Assembly: GCA_963722385.1 (NCBI GenBank)
Contig: CAVRKK010000002.1
Coordinates: forward strand, 448,001 to 512,000
Direction: 5' to 3'
DNA length: 64,000 nucleotides
Origin: an uncultured bacterium
GTDB lineage: Bacteria; Babelota; Babeliae; Babelales; Babelaceae
The notes under the pieces are model-generated. The model saw nothing but the letters and a program-made list of their open reading frames with translations, was not told where the DNA came from and made no database searches. Shown here piece by piece: positions 10,751-21,510 of the stretch. The position numbers and the translations under genes are program-made. Position 1 is the stretch's first letter, and every line of letters starts with the position of its first letter.

Positions 10751-11014
10751 ATGCTCGATAACGGAAACAACGCGCGGACCTTGCGAGGGACGCTGATTAT
10801 GATTGCTGGTGGAGCTCTCTTGCTCCATACGCTTGATTTAATTCAGGCCGGCCTCTCTTTTGTACTCATTGTGGTGGCTGTTTCTGCCATTGTGTATGGT
10901 GCCTATATATCAGGACTCTATACTTTTGTGAGAAATTTTATAAGCAAGCGAGGCCATCTGAAGCCCACAATGACGCCCGAGCAATCAAAAGAACCGAGCG
11001 AAAAACAACATTAA
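10751..11014 (+). CDS. Small two-TM membrane protein
   Basis: AAGGAG RBS; paralog of the preceding ORF. Confidence 0.75.
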   Translation: MLDNGNNARTLRGTLIMIAGGALLLHTLDLIQAGLSFVLIVVAVSAIVYGAYISGLYTFVRNFISKRGHLKPTMTPEQSKEPSEKQH

Positions 11015-11020
11015 TAATCA

Positions 11021-14000
11021 TCAGAAGGGCGGCGCCTGTTGAGAATTTGTTTCTTGCTGATTAAGCTTAATAATACGAGTGGGCACCGCAACTCGAATAC
11101 CCGCTTGGCGCAGTGCGCGCACGATTTCTAAGCGTACCACCGATGCGATTTCCCACTGTTCGAGCACCTTGTCACCTGTCAAGTAAGCACGAATCATGAA
11201 CTGGAAGCCATTATCCACAAAGTCCCACAAAAACACCAACGGCACCGGTGTCTTAAGAACATTGATATTGGCATCTAACACTTTCGTAATAAGTGCCCGG
11301 ACTTGGTCAGGGTCTGCTCCATAAGGAACCGTCAGCATAATATCGTTAAGCGCAAAGAACGTTGGCGAATAACTCCAGTTGATCACTGGCCGCGTAATAA
11401 TCTGGGCATTCGGCACAATAATAGTAACACTGTTTTTTCTGCGTAAAACAACTGAGCGTGGCGTAATATGGCGGACAACCCCCGTCGTATTTTCGTCCAA
11501 CATAATTAAGTCGCCAATCTTGATAGGGCGCTGCACCAAAATAATAAAATAGGAGAAGAAATCAAGCAAGGGATCCTTTACGGCAAATCCCAATGCACCC
11601 AGCAACAATACAAACTGCGAAGCAAATGATTGAAGGCCTACCGATTTAAAGCCTACCAGAAGTGCTATAAAGATGACGGCGTAACGCGTAAAGGTGAATA
11701 CGGTATTCTGAATGCCTGAGCTTACCAAAAGTGGATCAAATATACGGCGCAGCAAAATATTATTAACGATATAGGCGATGACCAAGCCTGTTATGAAAAA
11801 GAGAATGACCCTTAAGAAGGCAAGAGGCGTCACCGATAACCGGCGTCCCATTTCATCAGCTCCAGGACTGTAGAGTTCATAATGTAGCCAACCCAAGATA
11901 TCGCCGATACCAAAGGCATAGCCAAGAACTTTGGCTCCCAAAATGATACCGAGCAGGGTAAACGCACAGAATATGGCAACGACAAAAAAGCCATACCACG
12001 TTCTTGCGGCATTAAAGCGTTCCAATACTTTTTCACCATCACCATAATAAAAGAAAAGATCGGCCGAAACGCGCCTAATGCGCGTATAGATATACGATAG
12101 CACGGGGATAAGCAGGGCGATAATAATGAGGCGTGAAAGAACGAACAAGACCTGCTTGCCATAGCCCACGTAGGGATTGGCCATAACAATAATAGTAATA
12201 AGCAAGAGCCATAAGAAATAGTAATAGTGACTAACGTGATCGTATACCCACTCCCATAAAGGGGTAGTACGAGGAATAAGGCTTAAAATCCACTCTTTGC
12301 TAATCAGGCTCATAAGAGCAAGCTGCAGTGCGATATAATTAATTGCCAATAAGATGGCAGGCACCGCCGATGCATGATAGTTGCCCGTGATAAACGCTTG
12401 CCTGAAAAAGAAGAGCATAATCGTGATATAAACAAATGGGGGAATAACCAATAAAAAGCGCGACTTGTAAGAGTCGCTCACAAAGGGTTGGTTGAGGCGA
12501 TCGTTGGCAACCATCAACTCGGCCAAGAAGCGGTATGCGATATAAAGCATGTAGGGAATAGAGGCTAAATAAAAAAGCGCCGCAAGATAGACGTTGGTAA
12601 TAACTTCGTAATAAACCAACGCATACAGAATAAACCACAGATATATGCTTATGAGATGCTCATTTACAAAACCACCTATAAACGAGCCAAGCAAGCGTAC
12701 GCTCGACCGCATAAAATAGCCGCCTGGGGCACGCGCCAAGTAATCTCTCAGCTCGGGCAAGTAAATACGAAGTATCCAAAATACAAGCAGCGCAATCAAT
12801 ATTCTTAGTACCAACAACAAGAGCAGAGAAGGGTGCTGGTATTTGGCCATCCACTGGTACAACGGGATAAGACTCATGGTGCGCCAGTACGTCACCAGCC
12901 CCGTCCAGATATCTTCAATAAACCGCTTGATATCGGGGAAAAAGTTCGTGAGTTCCGGCCAGGTAATTGACAAGGATGATCGGCGCCAAAAACTCTTCGT
13001 TCCCACTTCTAAGATAACATTATCAATACGCTTAATTGTATCCTCGAGAACCGCAATGCTGGTCGAATAAACTTCGATTAATTTTGCGGTTAAATACATC
13101 CTACGCCTAATTTGCTCTTCGGCGTCATGCATGCGTTGTACGCATGTCGCATATTGCTCGCCATGATCTTTAAAGTCTTCCTGAATATTTTTGAGGGAAT
13201 CGGAAAGCTTTTTAATGCGATCCAGCATGGTATTGAGTTCTTGAAGAAGCGACAGCGCGCGGGTACGCTTTTCAGTCAGGAGCGCAAGATCGCTTTGAAT
13301 TTCGGCTTTTGGCGTCTCGTATGACTTAACCTGCTGCTCGAGAACGTTCGCGCTAAATCCCAACCGACGCGTCGTTAACGTATGCCAAGAGCGAATAATA
13401 GATGTTTGGATTTCCTCCTGGCGTAATTTTGCTTTTTCAAGCTCTATTTTTGCTTCTTTATTTTCACGCTCTACATCAACAACAGCTTCTTCCAGGCCTG
13501 TATACCCAAGGGTGCAGAGAGCAGTCCATTCCTGCATCGAGCGGGGCGTCTTTTCCCAATCGCTCACGGCGGTAAACTCAGGCGCTGCTAACCCAAGCTT
13601 TTCAGCAGTTTCAGCAGCTTTTTTGCGTATCTCGCTTTTCGTAAAGTCGATGGCTCGAATTTCTCCTGTGAGCTGCTCTCGAACCGATGCTGCCTCATTA
13701 CGCTTGCGCTCCAGTTCAGCTTCGGCCTTGCGCACCGACGCATCATCGACGTAGAGAGAACGCTTAATAGTATCATAAGAAGCTCTTATTTTTGCTAGTT
13801 GAGCGCGAACAATCATTATGTTGGTATCAAGAAATCCTATACGTTGCTCAGCCTCTTTTACTTTAGCTTCTGCTAAAATTTTTTTATCGGCGATCAGGCG
13901 CTTCTGCAAGTCAATCAACTCGCCTTGTTGCTCGTGACTCATGCCACCAAGCGATTGAGCACGAACAAACTCTTCTTGCTGTCGTGTTTTTTCTTGGTAA

Positions 14001-14548
14001 TCCTCTTCAAGCATGGCGCGTGCGCGCTTGCGCTTATGAGCATCATCGTAGGCCGCAATTCTACTTTTTTCAAGATCAGCTAAGCGGGTTTTTATCGAGA
14101 GCAAGCGCCTGCCAAACTCCTCAAATTCGTCAAAGCTATAAAAAGCTTTAACCTGTATACTGAGCTTGGAGAAATCAGGGTCGCTTTTGTATTCATAAAG
14201 CTGCTTAAGGTGCTCCTCAAGCAAGATATTATATTGTTGGCGCGCATGCTCGATTTCACTTAAAATCTGATAATCCTGCGTAATGAGCGATATTTTTTTA
14301 TTTAAAAATTCATGCTCAGTCCCTGTTGTTTGAGCAAGCTGGGCCCTCAATACTTTGAGCTCAGCACTCCGAGCCGCGAGCTCGGCAGCCTCTGACGGTA
14401 TTCTGCCAGATTCAGCCTTTTCTCGTTCAAGAGCTGCCAGCTGCTTTTCGATAGAATTGATCGACAAAAGCTGGGCTTGCGGCTGAATACCCACTAAACC
14501 CTTAAAGGCGCATAACATTATTACAAGGATACATCTGGTAAAATTCAT
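11021..14548 (-). CDS. MscS-family mechanosensitive channel with long periplasmic coiled coil (MscK-like)
   Basis: C-terminal MscS core (LGALGFAVKD..RPIKIGDLI..IIVPNAQII..VINWS..VPYGAD); multiple TMs; N-terminal coiled coil. Confidence 0.9.
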   Translation of the reverse strand: MNFTRCILVIMLCAFKGLVGIQPQAQLLSINSIEKQLAALEREKAESGRIPSEAAELAARSAELKVLRAQLAQTTGTEHEFLNKKISLITQDYQILSEIEHARQQYNILLEEHLKQLYEYKSDPDFSKLSIQVKAFYSFDEFEEFGRRLLSIKTRLADLEKSRIAAYDDAHKRKRARAMLEEDYQEKTRQQEEFVRAQSLGGMSHEQQGELIDLQKRLIADKKILAEAKVKEAEQRIGFLDTNIMIVRAQLAKIRASYDTIKRSLYVDDASVRKAEAELERKRNEAASVREQLTGEIRAIDFTKSEIRKKAAETAEKLGLAAPEFTAVSDWEKTPRSMQEWTALCTLGYTGLEEAVVDVERENKEAKIELEKAKLRQEEIQTSIIRSWHTLTTRRLGFSANVLEQQVKSYETPKAEIQSDLALLTEKRTRALSLLQELNTMLDRIKKLSDSLKNIQEDFKDHGEQYATCVQRMHDAEEQIRRRMYLTAKLIEVYSTSIAVLEDTIKRIDNVILEVGTKSFWRRSSLSITWPELTNFFPDIKRFIEDIWTGLVTYWRTMSLIPLYQWMAKYQHPSLLLLLVLRILIALLVFWILRIYLPELRDYLARAPGGYFMRSSVRLLGSFIGGFVNEHLISIYLWFILYALVYYEVITNVYLAALFYLASIPYMLYIAYRFLAELMVANDRLNQPFVSDSYKSRFLLVIPPFVYITIMLFFFRQAFITGNYHASAVPAILLAINYIALQLALMSLISKEWILSLIPRTTPLWEWVYDHVSHYYYFLWLLLITIIVMANPYVGYGKQVLFVLSRLIIIALLIPVLSYIYTRIRRVSADLFFYYGDGEKVLERFNAARTWYGFFVVAIFCAFTLLGIILGAKVLGYAFGIGDILGWLHYELYSPGADEMGRRLSVTPLAFLRVILFFITGLVIAYIVNNILLRRIFDPLLVSSGIQNTVFTFTRYAVIFIALLVGFKSVGLQSFASQFVLLLGALGFAVKDPLLDFFSYFIILVQRPIKIGDLIMLDENTTGVVRHITPRSVVLRRKNSVTIIVPNAQIITRPVINWSYSPTFFALNDIMLTVPYGADPDQVRALITKVLDANINVLKTPVPLVFLWDFVDNGFQFMIRAYLTGDKVLEQWEIASVVRLEIVRALRQAGIRVAVPTRIIKLNQQETNSQQAPPF

Positions 14549-15156
14549 AAGATAACATCCGAATGCTTGGCAAAGGAAAACGTTTTTAAGCGAGCATTGT
14601 TGTTCAGGGAAGCGAGCGTATCAGCAAGCCACTGAGTAAGCTTGCCCTCACACTCAGCATTCATATGTATATCAAGCACACTGGTATCACTGCGAGAGAT
14701 GAGATTAAATAAGCGGGCGTCATATGCTTCTTCGCATGGATACAGGCCCAATATAAATAACATTTTACAAAGAAAAATAGTTTTAAAAAGTGATGCATTT
14801 ACGGGAGCTTTTAAAGCAGTATACAAAGGAGAAAAGAGCCGAAAGAATGTTTCTGGCTCATGCCCATAGGGTACATAAGAAGCGCAAACCTCGAGCACAC
14901 GATGGAGAAATAATATGTCTTCACTGACCCATCCAACGGGCAAGGCGAGCGGCTCAACATGATTAATAACAAACATATCACGCCAATTTTCAAGGTCATA
15001 TTGAACAAACATGCCGTGGGCGACCTGAGCAAGCTGTTCACGCTTTTCTGGCACACACATAATCTTACCTCGTACATGATCAAGCATCAGCACCCTACGC
15101 TTGGGCAACCAAGCGCGAAGAATGATGCCCTGTGAAGATTGCAAAACGTTACGCAT
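14545..15156 (-). CDS. recO: Probable DNA repair protein RecO
   Basis: N-terminal OB-like GIILR..MLDHVRGKI, helical region, FLCKMLFILGLYP and terminal LKTFSF resemble RecO; divergent. Confidence 0.55.
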   Translation of the reverse strand: MRNVLQSSQGIILRAWLPKRRVLMLDHVRGKIMCVPEKREQLAQVAHGMFVQYDLENWRDMFVINHVEPLALPVGWVSEDILFLHRVLEVCASYVPYGHEPETFFRLFSPLYTALKAPVNASLFKTIFLCKMLFILGLYPCEEAYDARLFNLISRSDTSVLDIHMNAECEGKLTQWLADTLASLNNNARLKTFSFAKHSDVIL

Positions 15157-15350
15157 GGTTGTATAAGCAAAAAACCCTAGACTACATCACAGTTTATAAC
15201 TTTAGCAAATTTTTTCGAAAATGGCTATTACCTTAAATTCGCCACTTTTCTGTGGACAGCCCAAAAAAACATTGCTCATGCTCAAATTTCAGAAAGCTCC
15301 CCAATGGTTGCACATTTGTCGAGCGTATGGGGATGAATATCGCCTATGTG

Positions 15351-15801
15351 GCCGACTTCGCCAAGGCTACGATGGGAACGCTTACGCAGCGGGCGCGCCT
15401 GTGCGGCGTGCAGCAGGGCGGCGGCCCTGCCCCGTTGCCTAATTTATTTTTCTCTACATGCCTGTCTTTTATTTTTCCATGCTATAACCATGCGTGGCGC
15501 ATGCTTATAGCTATCGCAATTCTCCTAACGGAGAATAGAAAATATGGGTTTTTTATCATGAAGCGCAGCGTACATGATAATGGCGTAAGTTATCGTCTGC
15601 TTTTGCAGACGATAACTACTCACCAAGCTTATAAGCACGTCGCATCGGGATCCCAAAGGACATATCGATGCGGAGTAGCGCAACGCTTGTCCGTAGCAGC
15701 TTTTTGTAAAAAAAACGATCAGCGGAGGCGGGACCCCCTTTGGCGCTAGCCGCCACAGCCCTGCGAAGCGTTTGCGCGAAGAAGAGGCAGGCGATTCAAT
15801 T
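15351..15801 (-). repeat. Modular hairpin-rich intergenic element, copy B
   Basis: Reverse complement aligns with 607-1027, with an extra ~35-bp insert near 15755-15787. Confidence 0.9.
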
Positions 15802-15988
15802 TGCTGCTTAACGCTTCCCTGCTATTTCGCTTATCGCTTCATTAATTTTGTTGAAAAGAGCACGCCATAAGATTACTATTAAGAGTAATAGAGTCCCCTT
15901 TACCGCATGCTTAAGCGTTTTTGCAATTCTGGCCATGGTGCTTTTGCAAAGGCTGGCGAAGTGCATGAGCTACGAGACAATTTGTATT

Positions 15989-17179
15989 ATGAATAGAGAG
16001 CAACCGAATCTTAGCTTATCGCCCGCGCTTACCATCAATGTACCTACAGACATATCGGCGCGTGCGTGGTGCCAAATAAGCGCCTCAGCTTTTGCTCACA
16101 ATATTACCGTTATCAAGCAAGCGCTTGGTCAGAACGCACTGGCTATGGTTATTAAATCTAATGCCTATGGGCATGGCTTAGAGCTTATGGCAACCTTGGC
16201 AAACAGCAACCCATCAATCGCAATGCTGTGCACAACATCTTTGGCCGAAGCAGAGCAATTAATAACCTATGGTGTCAACAAGCCGATTTTGGCGCTCTAT
16301 GATCCATTTTTCTCATTATCGAGCCTGCAACATAGTAATGTGCGTCTAGGAGTCTATAGCTACGCAATGCTCGATAAAGTTGCTCACGCAGCTCGACTTT
16401 TAGGCAAAAAGATACCAATACACCTCAAGATCGATACGGGTATGACGCGCTATGGCATTTCGGCCGAAAGCATTCATCACTTTCTAGCTCATGCTGCCAA
16501 GCTGCCTATCATCCTTGAGGGCCTCTTTACCCACCTCGCCGACAAGAGCACTGACGATGACACCATTTCTTGCAAGCAACTTGAGCTTTTTGAGAAAGTT
16601 GTTCGCACATTTAAATCGCACGGCTACGAGATCCCCTTTGTTCATGCGCTTTCTTCTGGCGCCTTACATATGGGCGCAGATTATCCCTTTTTGACCATGG
16701 CGCGCGTTGGAAGTCACTGTTACGGGTTAGTCTATGACGAGCTCGACAATAAGCGTATGTATCACCAGAACCCCTCATGGCGACTTAAGCCACTCCTTGC
16801 CTGGAAGGCGAAGCTCGCCGGCATAAAAAAAGTCCCCGCTGGCGCAGCCATTAGTTATAATAGAACCTATATTGCACAAGCACCCATGACCATCGGTATG
16901 CTGCCCATCGGTTACGCCGACGGACTACCACGGTCGCTGAGCAACAAAAGCTTCGTTATCATTAACCACAAAAAGGCTCCTCTTGTTGGGCTGATCAGCA
17001 TGAACCTCGCAAGCATCGATCTCACCCATATCCCCGAAGCTTCACTCAATGATGAAGTTCTCGTCATGGGACCGCATACTGGCATCACCGCGCATGATAG
17101 GGCACAACAATGCTCAACGCTTCCCATCGATATAACGACAGCAATTAATCCCGCCTTATTGCGCACCTTAGCCGATTAA
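15989..17179 (+). CDS. alr: Alanine racemase
   Basis: VIKSNAYGHG PLP-lysine motif, HLKIDTGMTRYG, ISYNRTY, PIGYADG; start codon uncertain. Confidence 0.93.
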   Translation: MNREQPNLSLSPALTINVPTDISARAWCQISASAFAHNITVIKQALGQNALAMVIKSNAYGHGLELMATLANSNPSIAMLCTTSLAEAEQLITYGVNKPILALYDPFFSLSSLQHSNVRLGVYSYAMLDKVAHAARLLGKKIPIHLKIDTGMTRYGISAESIHHFLAHAAKLPIILEGLFTHLADKSTDDDTISCKQLELFEKVVRTFKSHGYEIPFVHALSSGALHMGADYPFLTMARVGSHCYGLVYDELDNKRMYHQNPSWRLKPLLAWKAKLAGIKKVPAGAAISYNRTYIAQAPMTIGMLPIGYADGLPRSLSNKSFVIINHKKAPLVGLISMNLASIDLTHIPEASLNDEVLVMGPHTGITAHDRAQQCSTLPIDITTAINPALLRTLAD

Positions 17180-17196
17180 GCAAAAATAAGTCAGAA

Positions 17197-17883
17197 TTAT
17201 TTCTTCTCTTTTTGATGGTACTGTTCGATCAGAGAAGCATGGTCTACTGTTTTCTTAAGCCAGGTATACCATATATCCAGCATTTCATCATCACTCATAC
17301 GCCATGGCAAGGAGGATGCATGCAACCGTGTCACAACATCATAGAGACAAATAGCAACGCTGGCCGCTACATTAAAGCTCTGGGTTAATCCGTACATAGG
17401 AATGGCCACATAGGCGTCCGCGTTATTTTGCGCATAGCCGCTAATCCCATTACTTTCTGATCCGAAAACAAGCGCTATTTTTTTGTCGAGAGAAAGCTGC
17501 CCGATAAACTGCCCTTGCGCATGGGGCATGGTGGCAACTATCTGATAGCCCTTAGCCTTCAGGGCATCAAAGCACCGCTGGGTTGCCTCCCCTTCTATGC
17601 CACGAAAGCGCGTGATCGTTAGCCACTGGTCTGAACCCTTCGTGACGCTGCGCCTGACCCGGTTGGGATCAGCAAAAGAGTCTACAATATAGGCATCCTG
17701 CACCCCAAAACACTCGATCGAGCGCAGTGCAGCACTCATATTAAGCTCTTGATGAATATTTTCAAGCACAACGGTCACATAGCGCGTGCGATCACGCGCA
17801 ATACGTTGGAGCTTTTCCCACTTTTCAGCCGTTACGTACCGCGACAACGAGCATATAAGTTCACGTTTTTCGTTAATGTCCAT
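17197..17883 (-). CDS. trmH: tRNA (guanosine-2'-O)-methyltransferase, SpoU/TrmH family
   Basis: VVLENIHQELNMSAALRSIECFG, ALVFGSESNG and IPMYGLTQSFNVAAS SPOUT motifs. Confidence 0.88.
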   Translation of the reverse strand: MDINEKRELICSLSRYVTAEKWEKLQRIARDRTRYVTVVLENIHQELNMSAALRSIECFGVQDAYIVDSFADPNRVRRSVTKGSDQWLTITRFRGIEGEATQRCFDALKAKGYQIVATMPHAQGQFIGQLSLDKKIALVFGSESNGISGYAQNNADAYVAIPMYGLTQSFNVAASVAICLYDVVTRLHASSLPWRMSDDEMLDIWYTWLKKTVDHASLIEQYHQKEKK

Positions 17884-17895
17884 AAAACCTAATAA

Positions 17896-19464
17896 TTACA
17901 ATAAACTAAAACCAAAAGGCATATACGAAAGGACCGTACCAACATCATCATCGTCAAAGCGGAAACCAGCTCCTAAAAAGAAATTGCTGTTATGCCTGCT
18001 TACAAAATCATCGGCGCCAAAGACAAAATAAAGATTAGGACCAAAAAAGACACGGTTGATCCACTTAAGATGGGGTCGGTCATCATTAATGCGCAAGCGG
18101 CCCCTAAAATCCCAAGCCTCAAACGAGCTGACCCAGCCAAAAATATCATTCCTGATTGGTATTTGTACATCAAGCGCCACGCCAAATGTGCTTTCAAAAA
18201 GCCCCCCGCGCAGGCCATAGTCGCCAAAAATTTTTCCGAACTGCAAATTCCATAACCATTGATCGAATATCCGTGCTTGCTCAAACCGTGGAAAGCGAGA
18301 ATGGCGCTTGCCCCGCTGCTCTTTGTGGCGATGACCGGGGAGACCATAAAATTCTTCGCGGGCGATAAAGCCTGTTTGGCGGTATACAAGGCCACCAAGG
18401 TAAAAATAGTCGGGCGCTGGGTACATACGCGCATCGAAGTAAGCCTTAAATTCGTTAAAATTCGTATGTTCGGCGCGGCCAAGCATAGACTCGATATGGT
18501 TGTCGCTCATAAATCGCATGTTATACCATGAGGAAAGCGTGTCCTTAACGTTGCCGATAGTCCCTTTAACACCCTCGCCAAGCTCCTCATCATTGATAAG
18601 TTGGCTCAACGCCCCCTTGCCTTCGTTAATCTTGCGTGCTACCTGCTCAACCTGCTGGCTAGCGCGAGTACACTGTTGACTGACATTGGTTATGTGCGAA
18701 TCAAGTGATTGTGCAAGATTATTAATAGTCTGCTCAACTGCTGGCACAACATGGCCCGAAAGCCGTTGCGTTAGCTCTTGTACTCCTTGCATTATTACCG
18801 GCAATTGCTTGCTCAAGTCACTGACTACTGCCGCTAAATTATGCACTGCCTTATCAACAGATTCCTCATGACGTGCCACGAATGCGTTAATCGACTGTGT
18901 AGCCTCAGTAAGACTGCGTGCCGCATCAATTAACTGCCTCATCATTTCTTGAGCAGTTGCACCATTTTGCGCTGTGCAGAATGTTTGGTGGGCAGTTGAC
19001 GCGAGGGTGGAAATTTGGGTAATACTTGTCTGCATTTGACCAAGCAGCGCGTCCAAAGACGCTACATCAGGAGCTCCCTGTATAACCGCGCCCTCCTCAA
19101 GAATAGCATGCCCCGGCGTCCCGGGAATAACCTCCAAATACTTTTCACCTAATATGCCATCTTGCCGTATCACACCGGTGGCATCACGGCGAAGCATGCA
19201 CTCTTTTAATATCATGATCATTGCGCAAACACGATGCTGATCAGGAACTAAGGTAATCGAATCAACCCAACCCACCTTCATGCCAAATGCTTTGACGTCA
19301 GCTTTTTTATGAAGACCAGCAGCATCGGTAAAGCAAATAGAATAATTCCTATACTTGCTGCGATCTAAGCGAAAAAAACCAATTTGAAATGTCATGTAAA
19401 AAAAGGTAGCAAAAGCTATGGCCATGAAAAGGCCAACGGCGGTTTCAGTTTTAAAATTGAACAT
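17896..19464 (-). CDS. MlaD/MCE-domain protein with long helical region and beta-rich C-terminus
   Basis: N-terminal TM; FTDAAGL..VKAFGMKVGWV..GILGEKYLEVIPG MCE domain. Confidence 0.88.
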   Translation of the reverse strand: MFNFKTETAVGLFMAIAFATFFYMTFQIGFFRLDRSKYRNYSICFTDAAGLHKKADVKAFGMKVGWVDSITLVPDQHRVCAMIMILKECMLRRDATGVIRQDGILGEKYLEVIPGTPGHAILEEGAVIQGAPDVASLDALLGQMQTSITQISTLASTAHQTFCTAQNGATAQEMMRQLIDAARSLTEATQSINAFVARHEESVDKAVHNLAAVVSDLSKQLPVIMQGVQELTQRLSGHVVPAVEQTINNLAQSLDSHITNVSQQCTRASQQVEQVARKINEGKGALSQLINDEELGEGVKGTIGNVKDTLSSWYNMRFMSDNHIESMLGRAEHTNFNEFKAYFDARMYPAPDYFYLGGLVYRQTGFIAREEFYGLPGHRHKEQRGKRHSRFPRFEQARIFDQWLWNLQFGKIFGDYGLRGGLFESTFGVALDVQIPIRNDIFGWVSSFEAWDFRGRLRINDDRPHLKWINRVFFGPNLYFVFGADDFVSRHNSNFFLGAGFRFDDDDVGTVLSYMPFGFSLL

Positions 19465-19482
19465 ATACCATGATTTTCAAGC

Positions 19483-20574
19483 TTAGAGCCAATAGAGCTT
19501 TTTCAGTAAAAAAGGATGACTTTTATCTGCTGCATTCTTGTTCTTTTCTATGAGCGCGCACACTTTTTGTGTCACCGAGCCCACTTTTCCATAGGATACC
19601 ACAGAAAAGGCCTTTGCTTCAAATCGGCTTGTAAAAAGCTGCCTGAACGGCTCGGGTACCGCGCGGTACTTCATGCCCAGAATTGCCGCTAACGGCTCAC
19701 CCCAAGACTCTTGCCACTCAATTTTAGGCGATTTTAACAGGTTTACGAGTAAAGAGACCGGCGGCTTCTCTATGTTTTGGCCAGCAAGGAGGCGCAAGCC
19801 TATAACGCGGCTCACTGCTCGCGAAAGGAGCAAGGGGTTAATAGTCGGCTCGTTGGTCGAGACGGTAAACAGGTCTGAAAGAAATAGTTTATCGCTGGTG
19901 TCAGGACTCATAAAGAACTGTTCTTGTACCTGGGCAATCTCAGGCACGCTTAAAAGCTGGCTTACGTCGTCGAGCGGCTGGGGATGCTTGCTAAAATAGC
20001 GCGAAAGCGCCCGCTCGAGCGCAACAGGCTTTTGCTGAGCGCGTTCGAAATACCCTTTAAGCCCCTCGGTCATAAGCTGCAGGAGTTGCTTCGTCTGAAT
20101 GGGGGCTTGTGCTACAAATTTCTTCTCTTTAAAATCATAGAGCTTATTGAGGTTGATTTTGCCTTCCTCGCAACTTATATAGATGCTACATTGACCATCA
20201 ATACCATCGACCGCTTGAGTAAAATTAAACGTCTGCCACTGATTGAGCACCTTGAGCAGAACATCCACGGCTGCTTTCTCTTTTTCTTCGCTTGAGTCGC
20301 CTTTTTGCTCTTTTTGCTCAGCTGATTGCTTATCGCTCGGCTCGGCCGATTTTTTTTCCTGGCCTGCTTTAAGATCGAGCTGCGCCAGACGGCTCATGGC
20401 AATCTCAACCCCTCCCCGAGCAATCAAGCGCGCTTTTTCAACATCGATCCATACCTTGCTCAAGTGCCGATAAGCGCTTACCCGGTTAATCACCAAGGAG
20501 ATCAACAAAGCGCTTGTAGCAATGACCATCATGGTCAAAATAAGAACGAAGCCCTGTAATCGGCCGGTAGCCAT
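19483..20574 (-). CDS. gspK: Type II secretion minor pseudopilin GspK
   Basis: QG|FVLILTM prepilin site lacking Glu5; ARLIARGGVE; EEGKINLN; operon position. Confidence 0.85.
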   Translation of the reverse strand: MATGRLQGFVLILTMMVIATSALLISLVINRVSAYRHLSKVWIDVEKARLIARGGVEIAMSRLAQLDLKAGQEKKSAEPSDKQSAEQKEQKGDSSEEKEKAAVDVLLKVLNQWQTFNFTQAVDGIDGQCSIYISCEEGKINLNKLYDFKEKKFVAQAPIQTKQLLQLMTEGLKGYFERAQQKPVALERALSRYFSKHPQPLDDVSQLLSVPEIAQVQEQFFMSPDTSDKLFLSDLFTVSTNEPTINPLLLSRAVSRVIGLRLLAGQNIEKPPVSLLVNLLKSPKIEWQESWGEPLAAILGMKYRAVPEPFRQLFTSRFEAKAFSVVSYGKVGSVTQKVCALIEKNKNAADKSHPFLLKKLYWL

Positions 20575-20577
20575 CTC

Positions 20578-21510
20578 TTACCCCTTTGCTGCTGAGTCGA
20601 CCTTCAGTGATTTTGCTGCTTGTTGAAGAGCCTGTTCAGGCGCTGGTTTACTTTCTTCTTGCACTTGCATAAGCGGCCCTGCCGCGATAGGTATCAGCAA
20701 CTTAAAAGGAGATTCTCGCTTGTGCCGGCTATCGAGTATTACCCCTTTGACCTCAACGTATTCGGGGATAAGGCTCTTTTTGCTTTTCACGCGCTCTTGG
20801 TCATGCCAGCTCGTTAAGCGTTCGTACTCTTTTGGCTTCGGCTTTTCTTCTTTTTGTTGCTTGCCTGCTGGCACGCTTTGCTTTTTTTCCTCTTTCTTTT
20901 CTTCAGCCTTCGACACAATACACGTAACGCTAAAAGCTTGTATGTTCTGCAGTATCGTATACCCTGTCAGCTTATTTTTTCTTCGAGCCTCGTTAAATTT
21001 TTTGAAATCAAGCTCAGGAGACTCATAACGCTTGAGCTGCCAGAGCTTAGAGCCCGTAGGACGCTCCAAGCTATACGTGATACGTACCACGCGTGGCGTC
21101 GTTTCACCATAGATCACAAGTGGGTTAGTGCTCACAAATGAAAAGAGCGGCTTGGTCGTTGCAGGTGCAGCAGCGCGCGCAATATTGTCCAATCCTTCGA
21201 CCATAAATATATTTTTAAGTCGCTTTTTTTCTTGCTCTTCTTTCTTTTTTGGTTGCTCGCTTTTGGCTGTTTGCTTGGCGTCCGCCTGCTCAGTTTTCTG
21301 AGGAATTGCTTGCAGCGGGACAAAAGCACCGCTTACATCTTTAGTAAGACGATCACCAAAAAACACGAGCTGGGTTTGCGTTTCAATCAACGAATCAATA
21401 ACGCGTACGGTCTGATTCGCTTGATACAGCGACCGATAGAGCAAAACTGATAAAATACTTGCAATGGCCAACCCTACAACAAGGTCAAGCAGGCTTATCC
21501 CGGGTCTCAT
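20578..21510 (-). CDS. gspJ: Type II secretion minor pseudopilin GspJ
   Basis: PG|ISLLDLVVGLAI (Asp at +5); position between gspI and gspK. Confidence 0.75.
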   Translation of the reverse strand: MRPGISLLDLVVGLAIASILSVLLYRSLYQANQTVRVIDSLIETQTQLVFFGDRLTKDVSGAFVPLQAIPQKTEQADAKQTAKSEQPKKKEEQEKKRLKNIFMVEGLDNIARAAAPATTKPLFSFVSTNPLVIYGETTPRVVRITYSLERPTGSKLWQLKRYESPELDFKKFNEARRKNKLTGYTILQNIQAFSVTCIVSKAEEKKEEKKQSVPAGKQQKEEKPKPKEYERLTSWHDQERVKSKKSLIPEYVEVKGVILDSRHKRESPFKLLIPIAAGPLMQVQEESKPAPEQALQQAAKSLKVDSAAKG

